Source of the DNA: Blepharisma stoltei ATCC 30299
Taxonomy: Eukaryota; Protista; Ciliophora
Direction of reading: 5' to 3'
DNA: 64,000 nt
Assembly (NCBI GenBank): GCA_965603825.1
Contig: CBFDEM010000021.1
Coordinates: forward strand, 1 to 64,000
Part shown: one piece after another, positions 59,101 to 64,000 of the stretch
Position numbering within the stretch: the first letter of the stretch is position 1
Layout of the letters: every line of letters starts with the position of its first letter
Made by a program: the position numbers and the translations under genes
Notes under the pieces: generated by a model
Seen by the model: the letters and a program-made list of their open reading frames with translations, nothing else
Databases searched by the model: none
What the model was told of the DNA's origin: nothing

Positions 59101-61896
59101 TTACCGATATCTATCTTCTGGCGAGCCGAAATCCCTAAACCCCATCAAATCTGCTGACTTTCTCAATGAATTAAGCACATTTCCTCTCTGGCTCTTCACA
59201 GGTGACTCATCTCCAAAATTCTGAGTCACTGATAAGAAATCTTTAAAAATTTGTGAATTTCTTATAATAGGAATTGCAGCCAAATCCATTAAATATTGCT
59301 GGCACGCCCTTCTCCTTTCATTAAGAACTACTGGTCTTTTTGTATTAAACAACGAGCTTGAGTTATTATTTAAAAACAAATTATCAGTATTAGGCAGCTG
59401 GACATCTGGAAATTCCCTTTGTAAAGAAGAATGCAAATTGCAAAGCGCTTTATATCGTTTGGTAATAGTCCAGGTTTGGCCTTTATATGTTATAGTTATA
59501 ACGTATTCTGTAAATGGTTTTTGGTCTACAGGGTCTTTTACCATAGATTGGCTGACCACAATGCTATAGAGGCCTTGCTCTTTTAAAATTCCTTCTTCAT
59601 AATTTTTAGCACAAACTGTTATGTGGGCATTAAATAGCTTGCTGCTGATAGTTTCTTCACAGTATCTGCATTGCAGTGCAGAAGAACTGTTGACGATATT
59701 TTGCATATTTTTTAATTGCTCGATCTGCTCCTCAAGTCTTTGGTATCTCTCGTCGTTTTCTTCAGTAGGCTGAGTAACTTGTGGAGATTTTGATTGCATA
59801 GCCATGATTAAATTTTCTTGGAATCTTTTATTATCTTCTATTTGTTTTTGTAAGTTTTCTATCTGTAATTTCATAACGTTTTTTTCATCATTTCACTCAT
59901 TTGGTAAGGAAATTTCTTGGACTTTTACTGGATTTTCTTTCAATTTCTGCAGCTCTTTGTCTTTTAATTCATTCTGTTCTATAGCGTTTCGCAAATTAGC
60001 TTTCATTTCTCTGAAAGCCATATCAAAATCTTCCCTTTTTTCTTTTAAATCTGCATTTTCTCTGCTTTTTCAGGCTAGTTCTTGCTTTGCTAACGCCAGC
60101 TCTTTTTCTAGCTGATTAATATCAGTATTATACTTAATCTGCAGCTCATTATAAAGTTTTAGTGTTTCTTCATATTTTGCTTTCCATTCCCCGCTTTGTT
60201 CTTTATGGTCACTTTTTAGCTCTCCCAGCCTTTTTTCATATTTATTTTCCATCCTTTCTTTATCCTCTTTAAGCTGCTCCACTTTAAGCTCTAAAGCTGT
60301 CTGAGAAGCTTTTAATTTATAATTTTCTGATTCTACCTCTTGCAGTCTGGTCTTATAATACTCTTTTTCTTTCCCAAATTCTTCTTTTTTAGCGTCAAAA
60401 GCAGTTTTAAAAAATTCTAATTGGCTGCTGATTTTTCTATTAGCATTTTCATGCTCAATCATGGCGTTTCTGTTTATATACTCAGCAGCTTCAGTCAATA
60501 AATGGGCAGAAATTTCTTTCATTTTAAGCTCAGCTGCTACACCTTGTGGGCCTGATTTTTTGATCTCGCTCAGCTTTTTTTCAAAATCCCTTTTAAATAC
60601 TTGAAAATCTGTATATTCATTTCTTTTTAGTTTATCTTGCATTTCTATTGTTAAATCATTACAAATATTTTCACATTTGTCAGCTAATTTTCGCTCATTT
60701 TGACTGTTATAATAATTGAATTTTTCCAGCAATTTTTTTTTAAGGGCAGCTTCAAAAGCAGATGTGTCGTCACCTATAGCTTTTTCTTTAAGCATTTTCA
60801 TAGCGCGGGTTTTGCATTGTTTGTGGAGAGCTTTCAATTGGCTTGGATTTTTTATTTCTTCAGTCAGGATTTCTTCTTTAAACATATCTTCATACTCTTG
60901 GATTGCATTTTCTACCTGTTTTTGGCACTCTGAGTTGCATACAGCCTGCCAAGCGCCTTCAATTGTAGGGACTGCACCTCGATTTATAGCGTCCACATAT
61001 GATTGTGCTAGCCCAGCAAGTAATTCTCCTGTCAGATCTTTACTATTGAAGCTTTTTACTTTGACTCGTCTGTAAATTAATTTTTTCAAATTTTGTTTTT
61101 CCCTTACAAATTCAGGCCGTAATGCAGAATCTGGGACTTTATCAAGCTCTTGAAGAACCCTCTCGTCTTCTGAAGGCCTCACAAGTGTAAAACAGTCCCT
61201 GTCCCTGAAAAAATGCTTCAGCAGCTTCCTTACCCTATTTTTCGCTTCAATAGCATCACTTACTCCTTTTTGCAGCTGTAAAGAATTTTCCAAATATTCT
61301 TTGCTTGTTATAGGATTTCCTGCAGGGTCTATCAGCTGCAATGCAAAATCTCTCAAAACCCACAAAAAAGAAGGAAAATACGCTGAGACTTCGTCAACGT
61401 CCAGTCCTGAGTCACTTGCCCTGATCTGTAAAGATTTTGTTAAGTTTACTATAAGACTGAGATTTGTCAATGCATTTTCATCAATACTCCCAACTGAATT
61501 ATAAATAAAATAAGAGCTAAGTAAGACTGATAGCATAAAAATCCTGGTATCATGATTTGCATCTTCATCGAAAGCGCCTAAGCCTTCACTGTCTATAACT
61601 AATAAAGAAACGTCTTGGCCGTCGACTGCTTTTACTGGAATAGGCTCACTTCAGATTCATAAACCCTTGGTGCAAGGGTTTATAGTAGGTCCAACCCCAA
61701 ATCCAGGCCCTTCTACATCTAGAATTATTTTATTCAGCATATAACTTTTCCCTGTTCTGTATTTTCCTGCAACTGCTACTACAGAGACTTTTGTTTTTAT
61801 TGAGTTTAAAAAATTAAGACCTTCTGAAGTTAATCTGAAACCTTCGCGTTCTTGAAATAAAATAAGAGGAATCGCTTGCCCATGATTTCTTTCCAT
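59101..61896 (-). CDS. Guanylate-binding protein (GB1/RHD3-type GTPase) with long coiled coil, C2HC zinc finger and C-terminal PX domain, 931 aa
   Basis: GKYRTGKS, CTKGL(TGA)I(TGA)S, DSEG, FLWVLRDF, LVRP; CRYC...H...C; PX-like FTEYVITI...KRYKALCNLHSSL...FP...ERRRACQQYL...FL. One frame with four TGA. Confidence 0.9.
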
Positions 61897-62006
61897 AATA
61901 ATTGATAAATAATAAGAATTTAGACTATTTTTATGTAATTTTAAATATTTTGGCTATTTTTTGTATTTTTGCAATAGTTTTCTAACTATAATAATTTTTT
62001 GGCAAA

Positions 62007-62606
62007 ATGGTAAATTTTATATAGGGAAAAGCAAGGAAAACCAGAAAATTTGCCCAAGTAAAAAGAATTATTTCTATGAATGACAAGAGAAAACAAGCAA
62101 AAAAAGAAAAAGATGAAGAAGAAAAGCCAAAAGAGGAGCAGGAAAAGACTCATGTAAGCAGAGAGCCTTCTCACCTTTTCTTTTTGGCAAATACAGCTTT
62201 AGGGCCACCATACCACATTTTATTAGACACAAACTTCATCAATTTTTCTATCCAAAACAAGCTTGATGTGTTTAAATCGTCAATGGACTGCTTGCTGGGC
62301 AAGGTAATTCCTTGCATTTCTGAATGTGTTATTGCTGAATTAGAAAAACTTGGGAAAAAATATCGTTTGGCACTCAGAATTGCCAAGGATCCACGGTTCA
62401 GAGTTTTAAGATGCACACATAAAGGAACATATGCAGATGACTGCCTTGTAGATAGAGTTACGCAGCATAGGTGCTTTATCGTAGCGACCTGTGATAAAGA
62501 CTTAAAAAGAAGAATCAGAAAAATCCCTGGAGTCCCTATTATGTATATTTCCTCTCACAAATATACAATAGAAAGAATGCCTGACGCCCTTGGAGGAATT
62601 AAATAA
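62007..62606 (+). CDS. FCF1: rRNA-processing PIN-domain nuclease FCF1/Utp24, 194 aa, 1 tiny intron
   Basis: ATG, intron 62010-62024, then [14 protein letters not shown]; [48 protein letters not shown]. Confidence 0.96.
62010..62024 (+). other. 15-nt spliceosomal intron GTAAATTTTATATAG directly after the start codon
   Basis: Removal gives the conserved FCF1 N-terminus [11 protein letters not shown]. Confidence 0.93.
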
Positions 62607-62627
62607 TTATTTTTCAGATTAAACTAA

Positions 62628-64000
62628 TTATTTGTAGTGATGGATTTTTTCAGTGACTCTCATGAAAACTTCTTCGAGGCTTGAGTTGCTTAACCCCCAA
62701 TTTTCAATAAGATTTGCGACATGTGAATCTTCAGACTCAATAAGCTTATAAAGTCTTAGCGCATCCATCGCTTCTGTCCTAGGAATTGACACAACTAAGC
62801 TTCCTCCGCTCATATCAACCAGGTGAGCAGTCGGAAAATTAGCTTCAATATAATTCCAAAGCTTTTGAGTGTCTTTCGAAATCAATTCAATTTTATACCC
62901 TTCTCCGAAATGATTTTTTAAATATAAAGGAGTTCCTAAACATTTTATTTTGCCGTCAACCATCACAGCGATTTTATCAGCTAGAACCTCTGCTTCTTCC
63001 ATAGAATGAGTCGTTAATATAAAAACTCTGTCTTTTTTCATTTTCTGTATCAATTTTCATACAAAGCGTTTTGATATAGGATCCATCCCTGTCGTGGGCT
63101 CATCCATAAAAATAATTGAAGGGTTTCCGATTCCTGAAATTGCAACAGAAAGCCTTCTTTTCATGCCACCGCTGTATTTTCCTACTAATAAATCCCCAGC
63201 ATCTTCAATATCTACTTCCTTTAGTTTTTCTAATACTGTATTGACCCTTCTTTCCTTTGAAATATTTTTTATAATACAAAACAGCATTAAATGTTCATAG
63301 CCTGTCAGTTCGTCCCACAAAATATTAAATTGAGGGCAATACCCCATTATATTGCAGATTTTGTCCATGTCGTGGGAAATATCATAGTCTGCAATGAAGG
63401 CTGTGCCATTAGATGGGGATAATAGTCCAGTCAGCATACTCAACAATGTCGTCTTTCCAGCACCATTATGTCCTATAAGGCCTAAGAGCTCTTCTTTTTG
63501 TACTGATAAATGCATTGGCTTTACAGCTTGAATATCTTCGCTTGAGGACCATCAGTGCTTTTTATAGGTTTTGCAGAGGCCTTCAATTCTTAGACCGTCG
63601 CTGCTTTCAGATTTATCGTCATATGAAATTTCTGAGTCACTCAGACTGACATTTACCATTTCTATTTCATGGAGGAGGCGTTTTTTGCGTCTTTTGCAGC
63701 CCCAAAAGTCTTTGGTAAACATAAAATAGATAGGACTATATAAATTTTACTCTGATTTTCCTCTATTAGATGGTAAAATGTGGTCAAAAAGCCATGCCAT
63801 AGTAACAAAAATAAAAAAATTAAAAATTTGGTCTTGCATAACCTCAATACTTGGAGGAATATAAAACTTAAAACCTTTTATATACCCCGATTTCGGCATC
63901 CAAAAATTCTCATAAGCATACTCACTCCCAGACTCCCAGCGCCTTTCAGCATAATTTGGATGACTTGACGCCTTAGTCGCAATATCATAATAAATCAGCG
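62628..64000 (-). CDS. ABC transporter subfamily A paralog, 3' part (5' end lies beyond the window)
   Basis: Close paralog of 56094-58751; Walker A/B, YSGGMKRRLS, SLEEVF; intron 63736-63750. Confidence 0.92.
63736..63750 (-). other. 15-nt spliceosomal intron GTAAAATTTATATAG
   Basis: In-frame TAA; position shared with 57205-57219. Confidence 0.92.

Noticed and set aside
12559-61896. In-frame TGA as selenocysteine
   Set aside because: TGA aligns with TGG in paralogs and with conserved Trp motifs, not with catalytic Cys; no SECIS was recognised.
14222-63300. Antisense and alternative-frame ORFs in the track (e.g. 20012-20443, 22040-22408, 34082-34492, 38748-39140, 56440-56766, 60716-61075)
   Set aside because: They are shadows of real genes on the opposite strand, with no recognisable motifs.
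3274-64000. Widespread pseudogenisation or operon-like strings of short ORFs, as the ORF track suggests
   Set aside because: Fragments lie in one frame and are separated only by TGA at Trp positions or by tiny introns; they are single intact genes.

Overview
Telomere-capped left end of a gene-dense, AT-rich somatic (macronuclear-type) chromosome from a heterotrich ciliate, most probably Blepharisma. Three signatures read directly from the sequence support this: a ~2.3 kb (CCCTAACA)n telomere; UGA read as Trp (TAA/TAG are the only stops), which is why the supplied ORF track is fragmented; and 15-16 nt GTA...AG spliceosomal introns. Re-read with UGA=Trp and these introns, the window holds about 21 intact or partial protein genes: kelch surface protein, cyclophilin-SYF2, two FMOs, WD40-ankyrin-TRP-like channel, giant LNR/beta-helix membrane protein, two Venus-flytrap receptors, two secreted LamG-like proteins, SMP-30, Vps52, eEF1B-gamma, kinesin, a histidine kinase and a degenerate one, two ABCA transporters, GBP-PX, FCF1 and two small proteins. 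It also holds one tRNA-Gly(CCC) and four pseudogenes or fragments. The best candidate for something undescribed is 24.2-40.3 kb: an array of tandem-Venus-flytrap receptors interleaved with a recently duplicated secreted lectin-like gene whose two copies have near-identical introns and flanks but only ~52% identical N-terminal domains, suggesting a rapidly diversifying recognition locus. All alignments and counts were made by eye; no database searches were run.
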